A program made the translations under genes and the position numbers. Source: a virus. From it: 64,000 bases of DNA. The DNA lies in IMG/VR virus record IMGVR_UViG_3300045988_180522; one strand, given 5' to 3'. The notes beneath the pieces were generated by a model, which did no database searches, was not told the DNA's origin, and was given only the letters and a program-made list of their open reading frames with translations. Position 1 is the stretch's first letter. The number at the start of each line of letters is the position of its first letter. Below are positions 35,486 to 45,425 of the stretch, piece by piece.

Positions 35486-38400
35486 ATGGCTTTAAGTTGT
35501 GCAATAATCCCGACTATCAAGGATAGTACAGGGAAAGAAAGAGAAAGTACATTATTTAAGGATCTGTTGAAGTATACAGGCTATAACAGGCCTGTTACGA
35601 AGGATATATACAGCCGGGTAAAAAATCCGGCTTTCACAGAAGATACAAAATCTGTACTCAGTTTTGATGATCTGGGGGAACCTACCATATCCTCACTGTA
35701 TGAGAAAGCAGGATTGGATAAGCTTCTGGATAAAGGAGCCGTAATGAAGGAAATGAAAAGGGGCCTGGAGGCTGTGGATTCAGAAGGAAGGGAGAGAGAA
35801 TTTGAAAGAAGGGAATATGATTCACTGATAAGAAGGGTAAATAAATTTAACAGGGAAAATCCTTTCAGAAGGGATTATGTGGCCGATGTTATGCCTGTAG
35901 AAGGAGGAACTCTGAAAATTACTGTAGAACCCAGAACAGAGCAGAATAAAGACAGGGAAGCAATTCTTGGGTATGATGAAGCCCTTAATAACAGACTGAG
36001 GGATATTATGGCGGAAGCAGGGGTTACATATGGGACCCTTACAGAACTTGAAGAGAGAAGAGGATTAACAGGTATTACTGATTTCAGTGTTGCAAGAGAT
36101 GCTGCCACAGGAATAGCAGAATTGATAAGAATTGCCAGAGGAGAAAAGGGACAGGCCGCATTACCTGAGGAATTTGCACACTTTGCACTGGCTGCATTAG
36201 GAAACAATCCACTGGCTGTGAGACTTATAAACCTGTCTTCTGATCCTGATATACAGAAAAGTGTATTCGGAGACCAGTTTGATAATTACAGGACAGTCTA
36301 TAAAAATGACAGTAGTATGATGGCTAAGGAGGCAGCCGGGAAATTACTGGCAAAACATCTCCTTAAGGGAGAAAAAACTGAAGGCCCGTATAAATCTCTT
36401 ATAGACCGTGTTATAAGTGCTGTAAAGAATTTATTCAGTAAGATCACTTCTTCAAAGATAGAACAGGCCATCATTGAAGCTGACAGGGAAGCAGGAGCTT
36501 TGGCAGGGAAAATCCTTACAGGAGAAATGAATAAGGAGATGAAACTGGAGAATATATCAGAAAGCAGTCAGTTCTACTCTCTGTCCGAAAAGGTGGATAA
36601 GGAGATTCCTGTAATCCAGAGAATTATAAACAGTGAGATTAAAAGACTTGCTATATATAAGAGGAGAAATCCCAATGACAAGCTTACGAGGGACCAGCTG
36701 TTACTTATAGATAACCTTGAAAGGTCAAGGGATGCCCATATGGAAAAGAAAGGTATTTTCCTGTTTATGAAGAATGCTTTAAACTACATGAAAGAAGCTG
36801 ATAAGGCCCTTAATGACCTGAACAGGGACAGTACTCTTACTACGAAGGATAAAGCATCAGGACTGAGAGATCTGAGGGAAACTATCAGTTCCTATAACAC
36901 GCTGATACAATATATACAGGATGATATCTCTCAGGAAGAGATAGGAGGAGAAGAGGCGGAGTATACCAGTGAGATGAAAGCTTATATAAATGAGCTGTCA
37001 GGGATTTCCGGTAAGGTATTCTCTAAATACAGAAAAATGGCTATAGCCTTGTTTACTGAAACTATGAGACCCGTTATAGGTGATAAGATAGTAGTCCCTA
37101 TAGGAAAGTTCAGGGATAGGGAGTACACTCTTGAAGAGCTGATAGCTTCTTCTGACTCAGATATATCAGTATTCAGCAGATGGCTTGACAGTATGGCAGA
37201 TAGCTCTGACATTATACATCAGGGAATAGACCGTATAGTAAAGAGACAGAGGGACAAAGCCAGAAAGAAGACTATTGAGTACCAGAAGGAGCTTGTCAGG
37301 GAGGGACTTATACTGGAACAATCCGGAACTAAGGGATTTGATTTCATGTTCAAGAAGGATAAGAATGGTAATCTCACAGGAAAGTATATTACAGAGGCAG
37401 ATCAGGATAAGTATTCAGAGGCTAAAAAGAAAATGTATTCCAGCCTTCATGAGAAGTATAAGGAGACCCGGTTCGGAATAAATAAAAAAGCTTACTGGGA
37501 TGAAGTGAATGCCTGGTATGACCAGAATACTGACATAGTAGGGGATACAAGAGTTCCTAAATTATCCATATATGGTGATCCGGACTTTAAGAAAATGACT
37601 GCTCCGCAGAGAAGATTTTATGATAAGGTAATGGAGATAAAAGCAGATCTTGACAGCATGCTTCCTGAAGGAGTGACCAGTATAGATAATGCTGTTCAGA
37701 TACGTAAGGATCTTGTGGAAAGGATACAAAATGCTTCAGGGGTAAAAGGAGGGGTCCGGGAGGTGGTAAAAAGTATCAAGGATTCTTTTGTCTCCCGTGT
37801 TGATGACACTGGCTTCTCCAGGACCCTTATTGATTCAGGAGGAAACGAGATACAGGAATTACCTATATATTATGTCAGTAAACTTGAAGATCCTTCACAG
37901 ATATCTACAGATGTGGTATCCACACTGTCTGCATATGCTTCTATGGCTCTGGATTATAATTATATGGGAGAGATACTGGACGAGATAGAAATAGGAAGGG
38001 ATGTACTGTATGAAAGGGAAATACAGCAGACAAAAGGAGGTAATCCTGTAATGGAATCATTCAGATCTGCCGGAAGGGAAGTGGTAAATAAACTGACAAA
38101 AAGGGGCCGGGGGGTGACTAATTTCACAGGAAGGCTGGACGACTATTTCCAGATGCAGGTATATGGAAAATATATGAATGATGAGGGGGACGTACTGGGA
38201 GTAAGCCTTGCTAAGCTGGCCAACAATATAAACAGGTATACATCTGCAAATAATCTCGGACTTAACCTGCTTGCAGGTATATCCAATGTTACCACAGGAT
38301 CTGTGATGATGAATATAGAATCCTTTACAGGTGAGTTCTTTGGAGCTAAGGATACAGCTACGGCAGACAGAAAATATATGAAGCTCCTGCCTGAACACCT

Positions 38401-39481
38401 GGCTGGTATAGGTAACAGGGTAAAGACAGACAAGCTGTCCCTGTGGGATGAGTACTTTGATGTAATGCAGGACTTTGATGAGAAGGTATATGACACAGGA
38501 TTCAACAGGAGAAACTGGTTTACAAAGCTGTTGGGATCGAATGCTGTATTTTTTATAAACACAGCAGGAGAACACTGGATGCAGAACAGAACATCGATGG
38601 CTCTGGCTAATAAGATAAAGGTAAAGGATGAAAGAGGTAATACTATACCATTATTCGATGCTTATGAAGTAGTCACTGAGAAGAAGGATGGAAAAACCGT
38701 AAAGGCATTCCTGAGGCTGAAGAAAGGGATTACAAAGGAAGACGGGACAAAATGGACTGAGGAAGATGAATTCAATTTCAAACAGAAGGCAGCTGCTATA
38801 AACCAGGGAATGCATGGTATTTATAATAAGGCTGACAGGTCTGCCATACAGAAACTGGCAGTAGGAAGACTGGCTATGCTGTACAGGAAATGGATCAGAC
38901 CTAACTATATGAAAAGATTTAAGGCGGCACGGTATAATATGGACCTGGGCCAGTGGACACAGGGGTATTACAATACTGCATTCGGGTTTATATATACTCT
39001 GATGAAGGATCTCAGAAGAATGCAGTTTCATCTGGCAGCACATTACCAGGAGCTTACAAAAGAGGAGAAATATAATCTGAGAAGGGCTGCTATAGAGGTA
39101 GGGCACTTTATAGGACTGGTAGCCTTCCTGGGTCTTATGGACTGGGAAGATGATAAGGAAAGACCCTGGCATATGCAGATGCTTGAATACCAGTCAAGGA
39201 GGTTATATACAGAACTGGGTGCCCAGATTCCCGGATTACAGATGATTGAAGAAGCTGGTAAAATTCTGAAACAGCCTGCCGCAGGTATAAATACTATTCA
39301 GAATATTATCAACACATTCAAGATAGTGATGCCGGGATCACTGGAAGAGATACAAACAGGAAGATATAAGGGATATACGAGAGCTGAGAAGTATTTACTT
39401 GAACTTATTCCTATGAGAAGGACTGTTATGAATGCTCTGAATCCTGATGAGACACTGGCTTTCTTTAAGTCTTCGTGGTAG
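35486..39481 (+). CDS. Giant virion (cargo-type) protein
   Basis: 1331 aa, ATG 2 nt after the previous stop. It is the last + strand gene before the convergent hairpin. Confidence 0.55.
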   Translation: MALSCAIIPTIKDSTGKERESTLFKDLLKYTGYNRPVTKDIYSRVKNPAFTEDTKSVLSFDDLGEPTISSLYEKAGLDKLLDKGAVMKEMKRGLEAVDSEGREREFERREYDSLIRRVNKFNRENPFRRDYVADVMPVEGGTLKITVEPRTEQNKDREAILGYDEALNNRLRDIMAEAGVTYGTLTELEERRGLTGITDFSVARDAATGIAELIRIARGEKGQAALPEEFAHFALAALGNNPLAVRLINLSSDPDIQKSVFGDQFDNYRTVYKNDSSMMAKEAAGKLLAKHLLKGEKTEGPYKSLIDRVISAVKNLFSKITSSKIEQAIIEADREAGALAGKILTGEMNKEMKLENISESSQFYSLSEKVDKEIPVIQRIINSEIKRLAIYKRRNPNDKLTRDQLLLIDNLERSRDAHMEKKGIFLFMKNALNYMKEADKALNDLNRDSTLTTKDKASGLRDLRETISSYNTLIQYIQDDISQEEIGGEEAEYTSEMKAYINELSGISGKVFSKYRKMAIALFTETMRPVIGDKIVVPIGKFRDREYTLEELIASSDSDISVFSRWLDSMADSSDIIHQGIDRIVKRQRDKARKKTIEYQKELVREGLILEQSGTKGFDFMFKKDKNGNLTGKYITEADQDKYSEAKKKMYSSLHEKYKETRFGINKKAYWDEVNAWYDQNTDIVGDTRVPKLSIYGDPDFKKMTAPQRRFYDKVMEIKADLDSMLPEGVTSIDNAVQIRKDLVERIQNASGVKGGVREVVKSIKDSFVSRVDDTGFSRTLIDSGGNEIQELPIYYVSKLEDPSQISTDVVSTLSAYASMALDYNYMGEILDEIEIGRDVLYEREIQQTKGGNPVMESFRSAGREVVNKLTKRGRGVTNFTGRLDDYFQMQVYGKYMNDEGDVLGVSLAKLANNINRYTSANNLGLNLLAGISNVTTGSVMMNIESFTGEFFGAKDTATADRKYMKLLPEHLAGIGNRVKTDKLSLWDEYFDVMQDFDEKVYDTGFNRRNWFTKLLGSNAVFFINTAGEHWMQNRTSMALANKIKVKDERGNTIPLFDAYEVVTEKKDGKTVKAFLRLKKGITKEDGTKWTEEDEFNFKQKAAAINQGMHGIYNKADRSAIQKLAVGRLAMLYRKWIRPNYMKRFKAARYNMDLGQWTQGYYNTAFGFIYTLMKDLRRMQFHLAAHYQELTKEEKYNLRRAAIEVGHFIGLVAFLGLMDWEDDKERPWHMQMLEYQSRRLYTELGAQIPGLQMIEEAGKILKQPAAGINTIQNIINTFKIVMPGSLEEIQTGRYKGYTRAEKYLLELIPMRRTVMNALNPDETLAFFKSSW

Positions 39482-39490
39482 AAATTTTTT

Positions 39491-39513
39491 GGCAGGAGAG
39501 AGAATCTCCTGCC
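39491..39513. terminator. Convergent-gene hairpin (bidirectional terminator candidate)
   Basis: Stem GGCAGGAG, loop AGAGAAT, stem CTCCTGCC, lying between the + gene stop at 39481 and the minus gene stop at 39514. T6 on the left flank, TTATTCC on the right. Confidence 0.4.
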
Positions 39514-40161
39514 TTATTCCTTACTAAGAATTTTAATTTTACAGTCATTCAGTTCTTTACTGAATATGGAAAAGGCCATAGAAATCTCTTTCGGATTCAT
39601 AGACGACACATCCATATCTGCCAGTCTTTTCATTAGCTGTACAGATATGTTTCTTACAGATACTATACATTGATCGTATACAGCATTCATACCTATATTT
39701 GAGGCCTCCTGGACCCTTTTGGCGTATTCCTGAGTCCTGTTTATTTCCAGTGATGATAACATATAGACCATAGTAATATTGGCCAGTACGTAGGACATAT
39801 GAGGTTTTACCTTGTCCAACTCTCTCTTCACCGAATAGAACAGTACCTTCAAATGTTTTCCGAATTCCTCATCAAAGTGTTCCAGCATATACGGAGTGTG
39901 CCTGTAGGCATATCCCCCCATCAGACTTCTTACTTTCGACCAATACAGACTGACATTGGAAATCATATTACATATATCCATCTTATTTTTCTGACGAAAA
40001 ATGCCGAGGCTTATACATCCTGATTTGATATCAGCTACATAGTTCCCTATTACATCTGCCAGGAACATATTACCATATACATAATTTGTCCGGATATCCT
40101 CACTAATAGCATCTGTGGCTTCTTTTATTATCTGAGTAGGTTTCATTTTTAATATCTTCAT
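39514..40161 (-). CDS. Hypothetical protein
   Basis: The track start at 40179 is GTG; the first ATG is at 40161 (MKILKMKPTQ...). Confidence 0.45.
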   Translation of the reverse strand: MKILKMKPTQIIKEATDAISEDIRTNYVYGNMFLADVIGNYVADIKSGCISLGIFRQKNKMDICNMISNVSLYWSKVRSLMGGYAYRHTPYMLEHFDEEFGKHLKVLFYSVKRELDKVKPHMSYVLANITMVYMLSSLEINRTQEYAKRVQEASNIGMNAVYDQCIVSVRNISVQLMKRLADMDVSSMNPKEISMAFSIFSKELNDCKIKILSKE

Positions 40162-40339
40162 CAATTTTCCTAATAGCACCTCTTAAGGAAAAAGAGTGGG
40201 CGAAACCACAGCCATTCTTGTCTACAGCTTCCCATACCACTCTTTTTTCCGGAGGATAATACCCAATGCAGTTTATATGGATACCTTTATAAGTATAATG
40301 ACCCTTACTGATTTTAATAAGATTCTTATTATTTCTCAT
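40103..40339 (-). CDS. Small hypothetical protein
   Basis: 78 aa with an ATG start. It overlaps the downstream gene, so it may or may not be real. Confidence 0.25.
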   Translation of the reverse strand: MRNNKNLIKISKGHYTYKGIHINCIGYYPPEKRVVWEAVDKNGCGFAHSFSLRGAIRKIDEDIKNETYSDNKRSHRCY

Positions 40340-41048
40340 GTTCCTCCTTTACTTCAAGTAATAAGTAATCCCTATATAGATCAATAAAATGAGTTCCTAT
40401 GTAAAAAGCATCATCTCTTTTGCCACAACATAATTTAGGATCATAGGAGACACTGTATAAAGTATGACATATATCACCACATACAAGTTTACCTTTCTTC
40501 CACGTAAAAGATGGGTAAAATGCACATTGAGTACCAAGAGGGGTAAGCTTCCAATTATTGTTCAATATATTAGAGGCTTTATAGATCTGTATCAGTTTTA
40601 AACGTGCCAATCCAGATCTGTCATCACATTCTATATCAGGAACTGATCCTGTAATTTTACATGCATCCTCATAGGTCTTCACCAGTTCCTGGAAACTCAA
40701 TGTAAGTCTTTCTATTCCGAAGGTATCTTCAAGCTTTTTCTTAAATTCTCCGGATACACTTGAATAAATCATCCTAGCCTCTGATTCTGTTATTAGTAAT
40801 GTTTTCATCTCGTCGTTTCTTTCTAATCCTTTTAGGAATACGTAACCTATTTTAGAAGGGGAATAAACTCTCATGGGATCTATATGGGTTCCTAAATGTT
40901 GAACTCTGGATAATACCATCCATTGATCACTAGGGATACTCCCTTCATTTAACTCTTTAATGGCTTCATATATTTTAAGACAGTTTCTGGCGTCCTCTGA
41001 ATAGTCTGTCTCTAATTGCTTTAATAATCGGTCCTTTAGTTCACTCAT
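40329..41048 (-). CDS. Hypothetical protein
   Basis: The track start at 41057 is TTG; the first ATG is at 41048 (MSELKDRLL...). Confidence 0.45.
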   Translation of the reverse strand: MSELKDRLLKQLETDYSEDARNCLKIYEAIKELNEGSIPSDQWMVLSRVQHLGTHIDPMRVYSPSKIGYVFLKGLERNDEMKTLLITESEARMIYSSVSGEFKKKLEDTFGIERLTLSFQELVKTYEDACKITGSVPDIECDDRSGLARLKLIQIYKASNILNNNWKLTPLGTQCAFYPSFTWKKGKLVCGDICHTLYSVSYDPKLCCGKRDDAFYIGTHFIDLYRDYLLLEVKEEHEK

Positions 41049-41185
41049 AGTCTTCAATTTTATTCATGCCATACTACCCTAATAGTATCAATATAATCAT
41101 CTTTATCTGCACTCTCCATAGCTTCTTCCCTTGTATTGTAGATACACCGGGCTGACACTATTCCAGCATTCCTATATATATTAAC

Positions 41186-41869
41186 CTATCCTTCATGTTC
41201 TTCCAGAGGCATCACAAGGTCTATATTACGAATATTACCTCTCAAGTATTCACCTTTATCGGAAAAGTAATATGCAGCCTCATATATTGAGTTATCTGCA
41301 TTTTCAACCAGGGCTATTATAGGATAATCACACAATGTTTTAGCATTAAAACAAATAATCCTTGCTTTGCGCCCATCTCTTGTGCATACGGGCTTACCTG
41401 CCTTGGCTGCTTCAAGGTCAAAGGGTTTCAAATTAGACTTAGATGGTTCTCTATCAAAGAAACAATCATAATGTTGTATTTTCTTTTCTTCCATATCTTC
41501 TTTGTTTTGTTTTATTTCTACCCAAAATCCATTATCATCACAAATACCTTCTATATAACTATTTTTACAACATGCTTTATTTGGAACATTAAAAACACAT
41601 TCTTTACAAGAATTATTATCAGAAGTAAGTTTTTGAAATATTCTACCTTTTACAGTAATAAGCTCTCCTATCTTTTCAAGTTTTTTGAAGATAACAGATT
41701 TATGGTCTGTTCTTAAAGAACAATGGCAATTTCCAAAATTGGTACTTCCAATAGTGGTAATGTTCTTGCAAACAGTATCATAGTAAAAGCTACAATTTCT
41801 GCAAGTACCTCCTACGCACTGATACCACTCGCCATTAACTTGCTTTATTTCTCCTATTTTCCATTCCAT
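41186..41869 (-). CDS. Cys-rich (zinc-binding-like) protein
   Basis: 227 aa with many CxxC and CxC pairs: CVGGTCRNC, CHC, CKEC, KACCKN. Confidence 0.5.
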   Translation of the reverse strand: MEWKIGEIKQVNGEWYQCVGGTCRNCSFYYDTVCKNITTIGSTNFGNCHCSLRTDHKSVIFKKLEKIGELITVKGRIFQKLTSDNNSCKECVFNVPNKACCKNSYIEGICDDNGFWVEIKQNKEDMEEKKIQHYDCFFDREPSKSNLKPFDLEAAKAGKPVCTRDGRKARIICFNAKTLCDYPIIALVENADNSIYEAAYYFSDKGEYLRGNIRNIDLVMPLEEHEG

Positions 41870-42139
41870 AACTTAAGCAATATAGATTTTTACCGTATTT
41901 TCGCCCTCTTCTACCGTATGAATATCATAAGTAATTGTTTGAGGGTCTTCACATTCTATTACTTTCGACTTATCTTCTACCTTGAGAAGTTCATCAATTA
42001 ATTCCTGTACTGTTATCATGTTTAACTTTAAGTTTACCACATTTCTTACATATCAATAACACCCTATCACAAGTAGTATATTTTGTAATATGAGATATTT
42101 GCCACTCATGACAACAAAATAATTTCTTTAGCCACATCT

Positions 42140-42379
42140 TCATAGCTCTTTAAATTCTTTTTCTAATGCTTCAATTTTAGAATCAATGTATGCAAGAGTT
42201 CTATTCTTTAACTCTTTGAAGTCGATTAGAGAAGTTGTAATTACATATTTATGATTTCCATCCCAAATTTCTGTTCCAGAACAAAAACTCGTAGCACCTT
42301 CCCAAATATCCTTCTCATTTCTTAACTCCTCTAACTCCTCTTGAATTGTCTTAGCTCTACTGAATGTATATATATCCAT
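42140..42379 (-). CDS. Small hypothetical protein
   Basis: The track start is GTG; the ATG is at 42379, overlapping the upstream stop as TGATG. Confidence 0.35.
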   Translation of the reverse strand: MDIYTFSRAKTIQEELEELRNEKDIWEGATSFCSGTEIWDGNHKYVITTSLIDFKELKNRTLAYIDSKIEALEKEFKEL

Positions 42380-42852
42380 CACAATAAAATTTTAGCTGTT
42401 TCACATAAATCTCTAAAGCAATTGAGAAATTCTTTTGCCATTTCTAAGATTGGGAAAGAAAGAGTACAACTACCCCAAAAATTACCACTTGCTAATCTGA
42501 CTTTATTTGTATCAAGGTCATATTTAATTACATAAGTAATAGAATGACTATTAGGTTGTTCCCAATCACCTACCCATGCTTTCCTCAACTGTCTTAATTG
42601 CATAAGAGCTAAGAATGCTTCTGCTTCTTGTTTAGAAGTACACCAATTCTTTTGGATTCTTGTGTCACAATTTCCAAATGTTGTGTGGTATTTTCCGGTG
42701 CTATTAATATAACACTCATTAACCCTTACAGGATAATTTTCACAAAATTCCTTCCAAGTTCTTGGCTTATCATTCTTCTTCCCTTTTACTATGTATGTGT
42801 CCCCATCTTTGATGAGTTCACAATTGTCTGGTATTTGAATCTTTACTTCCAT
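42379..42852 (-). CDS. Member A of a duplicated small-protein family (paralog of 45851..46321)
   Basis: 157 aa with an ATG start. Shared motifs with its paralog are IPD..ELIK.G..Y, TWEEFC, EAEA.LAL.QL..LRKAW.G.W and F..CFRDL. Confidence 0.55.
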   Translation of the reverse strand: MEVKIQIPDNCELIKDGDTYIVKGKKNDKPRTWKEFCENYPVRVNECYINSTGKYHTTFGNCDTRIQKNWCTSKQEAEAFLALMQLRQLRKAWVGDWEQPNSHSITYVIKYDLDTNKVRLASGNFWGSCTLSFPILEMAKEFLNCFRDLCETAKILL

Positions 42853-42993
42853 AATTAATGATTACTATTAGTTTTTGAATAATTCTTTGATATACACCAA
42901 AAATCTTCATCATAAATTTCTACTCTATTATAATATGGTTTAAATTTGTTATTTTCTTTTGTTTCCATATTCTTTAGTGTTATTTTTCATTTA

Positions 42994-43377
42994 CTATATA
43001 ATTTCAGGCGCTTTCATCCAATGAGTGACCCCATAGACTACCTCTCCGGAGCAAGAAGTATACCATAATTTTTCCTCTTTTACATAGTAAGCTATATTTA
43101 CTCCTCTTCCATATTCATTTGTCACAATACAATTAAAGTCATCTTCTGGTAATCTTTCTGTAACCCTGACCCATGAAGATTCTGTATGTTCATCTGCCTG
43201 TTCGAGTATCAGTCTTTTGGGTTCTTTATCCGTCCATTTGACATATTTAAACTCCTTCATATAACAACTAAGTGGTGATTTCTCCTGTACATCATCACTA
43301 TCCCAGTTATGTTCCTTTTTTACGGGCTTATTCTTGTAAACCCATAAACAGTCATCTTCATCTCTGGCTATCCACAT
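42994..43377 (-). CDS. DUF551-like phage protein
   Basis: 127 aa; the C-terminal region WVRVTERLPEDD...VTHWMKAPE matches the DUF551 pattern (...RLP...V.HWMPLPEPP). Confidence 0.5.
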   Translation of the reverse strand: MWIARDEDDCLWVYKNKPVKKEHNWDSDDVQEKSPLSCYMKEFKYVKWTDKEPKRLILEQADEHTESSWVRVTERLPEDDFNCIVTNEYGRGVNIAYYVKEEKLWYTSCSGEVVYGVTHWMKAPEII

Positions 43378-43423
43378 AATATTGTTATTTAGTTATTAAT
43401 AACTTAGGCTCTTTGTCTTCCCT

Positions 43424-43663
43424 TCAATCCTTCTTTAATTCTATAGATTCATCATTCCAAGTTAAATCTTTACCTGTAAGTTTCTTGATAGAACCCTTAG
43501 GTAAAATAATCCCAGTATCTTCGTTATCATACTCACTACTGTTCTCATCACTCCAATATTCAGGTTCCCATAATTTACAACGTGATGTATCAGGGTCTTT
43601 TCTAAAGGGTCTAAAAGCAAATATACTTTCACTGCCATTTTTATTTACTGCTACAAATGCCAT
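43424..43663 (-). CDS. Small acidic hypothetical protein
   Basis: 79 aa with an ATG start. Confidence 0.35.
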   Translation of the reverse strand: MAFVAVNKNGSESIFAFRPFRKDPDTSRCKLWEPEYWSDENSSEYDNEDTGIILPKGSIKKLTGKDLTWNDESIELKKD

Positions 43664-43666
43664 AAC

Positions 43667-43867
43667 TTATAATTTATAATAATTAGTATCACATCTTACA
43701 ACTTCACCATTCTCATAGATTTGGTTTACTTCTACTCTCACTTTACCATGAATATAATCTTCTATAGTAGGTGTAATTATAGTATTGATTAACATTCCTA
43801 AGAAAATAGATAACAATAGAATTGCAAGTGCTGATGATATTCTAATATCTCTATCTTCCTGTGTCAT
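43667..43867 (-). CDS. Small single-pass membrane protein
   Basis: 66 aa; hydrophobic helix ISSALAILLLSIFLGMLINTII. Confidence 0.35.
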   Translation of the reverse strand: MTQEDRDIRISSALAILLLSIFLGMLINTIITPTIEDYIHGKVRVEVNQIYENGEVVRCDTNYYKL

Positions 43868-43877
43868 AACTTTTTAC

Positions 43878-44015
43878 TTAAGTATTCAAACTAAAATTAT
43901 ACCAAAACATACTTCCACAATCACAACATCTACAGTTAACTCCAGATGTAAAATACCCTACTTCATAATGGTAGGATCCACAATAAGGACATCTACATAA
44001 ATTTACCGTATACAT
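43878..44015 (-). CDS. 45-aa seven-cysteine peptide (zinc-ribbon-like CPxCG...CxCCxCG) immediately downstream of the radical SAM gene
   Basis: Hand translation gives MYTVNLCRCPYCGSYHYEVGYFTSGVNCRCCDCGSMFWYNFSLNT*. It is absent from the supplied track because it is under 60 aa. Confidence 0.3.
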   Translation of the reverse strand: MYTVNLCRCPYCGSYHYEVGYFTSGVNCRCCDCGSMFWYNFSLNT

Positions 44016-44039
44016 TTCTATCTATTTTTTTTAACTTTA

Positions 44040-44981
44040 TTAATATTGTAAGTCAAGAATATTATTCTCATTCCAAGAGAGAGAAATATCCCCGCTTACA
44101 AGACATTTAAATGTATTTATCTTCCTGTTCCTGATATCATTTTCGCAGATCTGGTCTGAAACTTTACTTCCCAGATTCCAGTTAATAATAATAGGACACT
44201 TAGCTGGAATTAAAAGATACCTGACAAATCCCAGCGTGTCCTTATTATCTATAATAGTATACGAATCTTTATATGCCTCTATCAGACTTGTGAACAGAGA
44301 TATATACTGCTTATCGGAGAGGATTAAATGGGTTCCCTTATTTTTGGTATTAACAGAGAAACTATCCTTTGGTATAATATTACTTATCCTGATCTCATCC
44401 ACAAAACTTATTTTACGTATGTGGTCAGTCAGTGAATTTATAGTATCCAGATTCCCTCTCCATATATTCGTATTAACTCTTACTTTTATAGCCGGATTAT
44501 AATATTTAATGGTATTGTAAATTCTTCTTAAGTCCTTCAGTGTGATAAAGTCCTCATTATGAAAGGATATATTTATACCCTGTATCCCTATATCCTCTCT
44601 TACAAGCTCCTTTATGAATGCTTCGTTATCTTTTAGTCTTATCCCATTAGTAGTCAGTCTGACCATATTCAATCCGGTATCAAGTCTTAGTGTAGATATG
44701 AACCCTAATATATTCGGATGCAGCAAAGGCTCTCCCCCAAGTAAAATAGCTTCTTTTATATTATACTTTTCAACCAGGTATCTGATATTACCTAAGGCTT
44801 TACCACAAGGCAAATCAAGGGATCTGTCTGTCTCTGAATTTATACAATAGGCACAATTACACTGACATTTATTTGTGACTACAATGCTTAGGTAAGCATT
44901 ATCGGATACTAATCCTATATCAGTAGGATAGTACCTGTTTTGCTTAAATATTTCAAGTGAATCTATTTGGATTATACTCAT
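44040..44981 (-). CDS. Radical SAM enzyme of unknown specificity
   Basis: 313 aa. It has a CxxxCxxC motif (NKCQCNCAYCINSE), a GGE SAM-binding motif (LLGGEPLLHP) and three additional C-terminal Cys (CPIII...C...C). Confidence 0.75.
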   Translation of the reverse strand: MSIIQIDSLEIFKQNRYYPTDIGLVSDNAYLSIVVTNKCQCNCAYCINSETDRSLDLPCGKALGNIRYLVEKYNIKEAILLGGEPLLHPNILGFISTLRLDTGLNMVRLTTNGIRLKDNEAFIKELVREDIGIQGINISFHNEDFITLKDLRRIYNTIKYYNPAIKVRVNTNIWRGNLDTINSLTDHIRKISFVDEIRISNIIPKDSFSVNTKNKGTHLILSDKQYISLFTSLIEAYKDSYTIIDNKDTLGFVRYLLIPAKCPIIINWNLGSKVSDQICENDIRNRKINTFKCLVSGDISLSWNENNILDLQY

Positions 44982-45014
44982 TTTTTTTCTCCTTTTCTTT
45001 TACCTATATCCTGT

Positions 45015-45398
45015 TTATACCTTAGCCTCACCGACATCTAAATATTCATAATGTACCATCCAGTATCTGCCATCTTTCAGAGGGAACAGAAAATAGCCGA
45101 AATGGCAGTACTTAAATACTGTCTTTTTATCAACAAAACAATGAAAATTATCTTCGTCATTGTCGCCTTCCCTTTTTAAGAAAAGGTCGGGCCTCCCTCT
45201 TACTGCACAGTAAGTATCTCCGTGTAATGTATATTTTTCAACGTATACATATCCAGAGTGCTCCTTAGTATCTGCATACTCCAGATATCCGGATATTTTG
45301 TCAAACGGGTAGTCAATATTACTTTTCACGTAAGAAACGGCTTCTGAGAATTCCTTTATCATAGCCTCCTTTTTTATATAGTCTTCAATATATCCCAT
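45015..45398 (-). CDS. Hypothetical protein
   Basis: 127 aa with an ATG start. Confidence 0.4.
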   Translation of the reverse strand: MGYIEDYIKKEAMIKEFSEAVSYVKSNIDYPFDKISGYLEYADTKEHSGYVYVEKYTLHGDTYCAVRGRPDLFLKREGDNDEDNFHCFVDKKTVFKYCHFGYFLFPLKDGRYWMVHYEYLDVGEAKV

Positions 45399-45425
45399 GT
45401 TATCAGTCCTCCTTCGTCATAATTT

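Noticed and set aside
41471-42001. Plus-strand ORFs 41471..41716 and 41723..42001 (and similar ones at 44236..44502, 44614..44850, 49610..50053, 53088..53557, 60178..60495, 61866..62133, 62423..62975, 63340..63892) inside the minus-strand gene block
   Set aside because: They lie antisense to well-supported minus-strand genes with recognisable domains. Their translations are low-complexity and F/L/I-rich, as expected for shadows of AT-rich coding DNA, and none has a start context.
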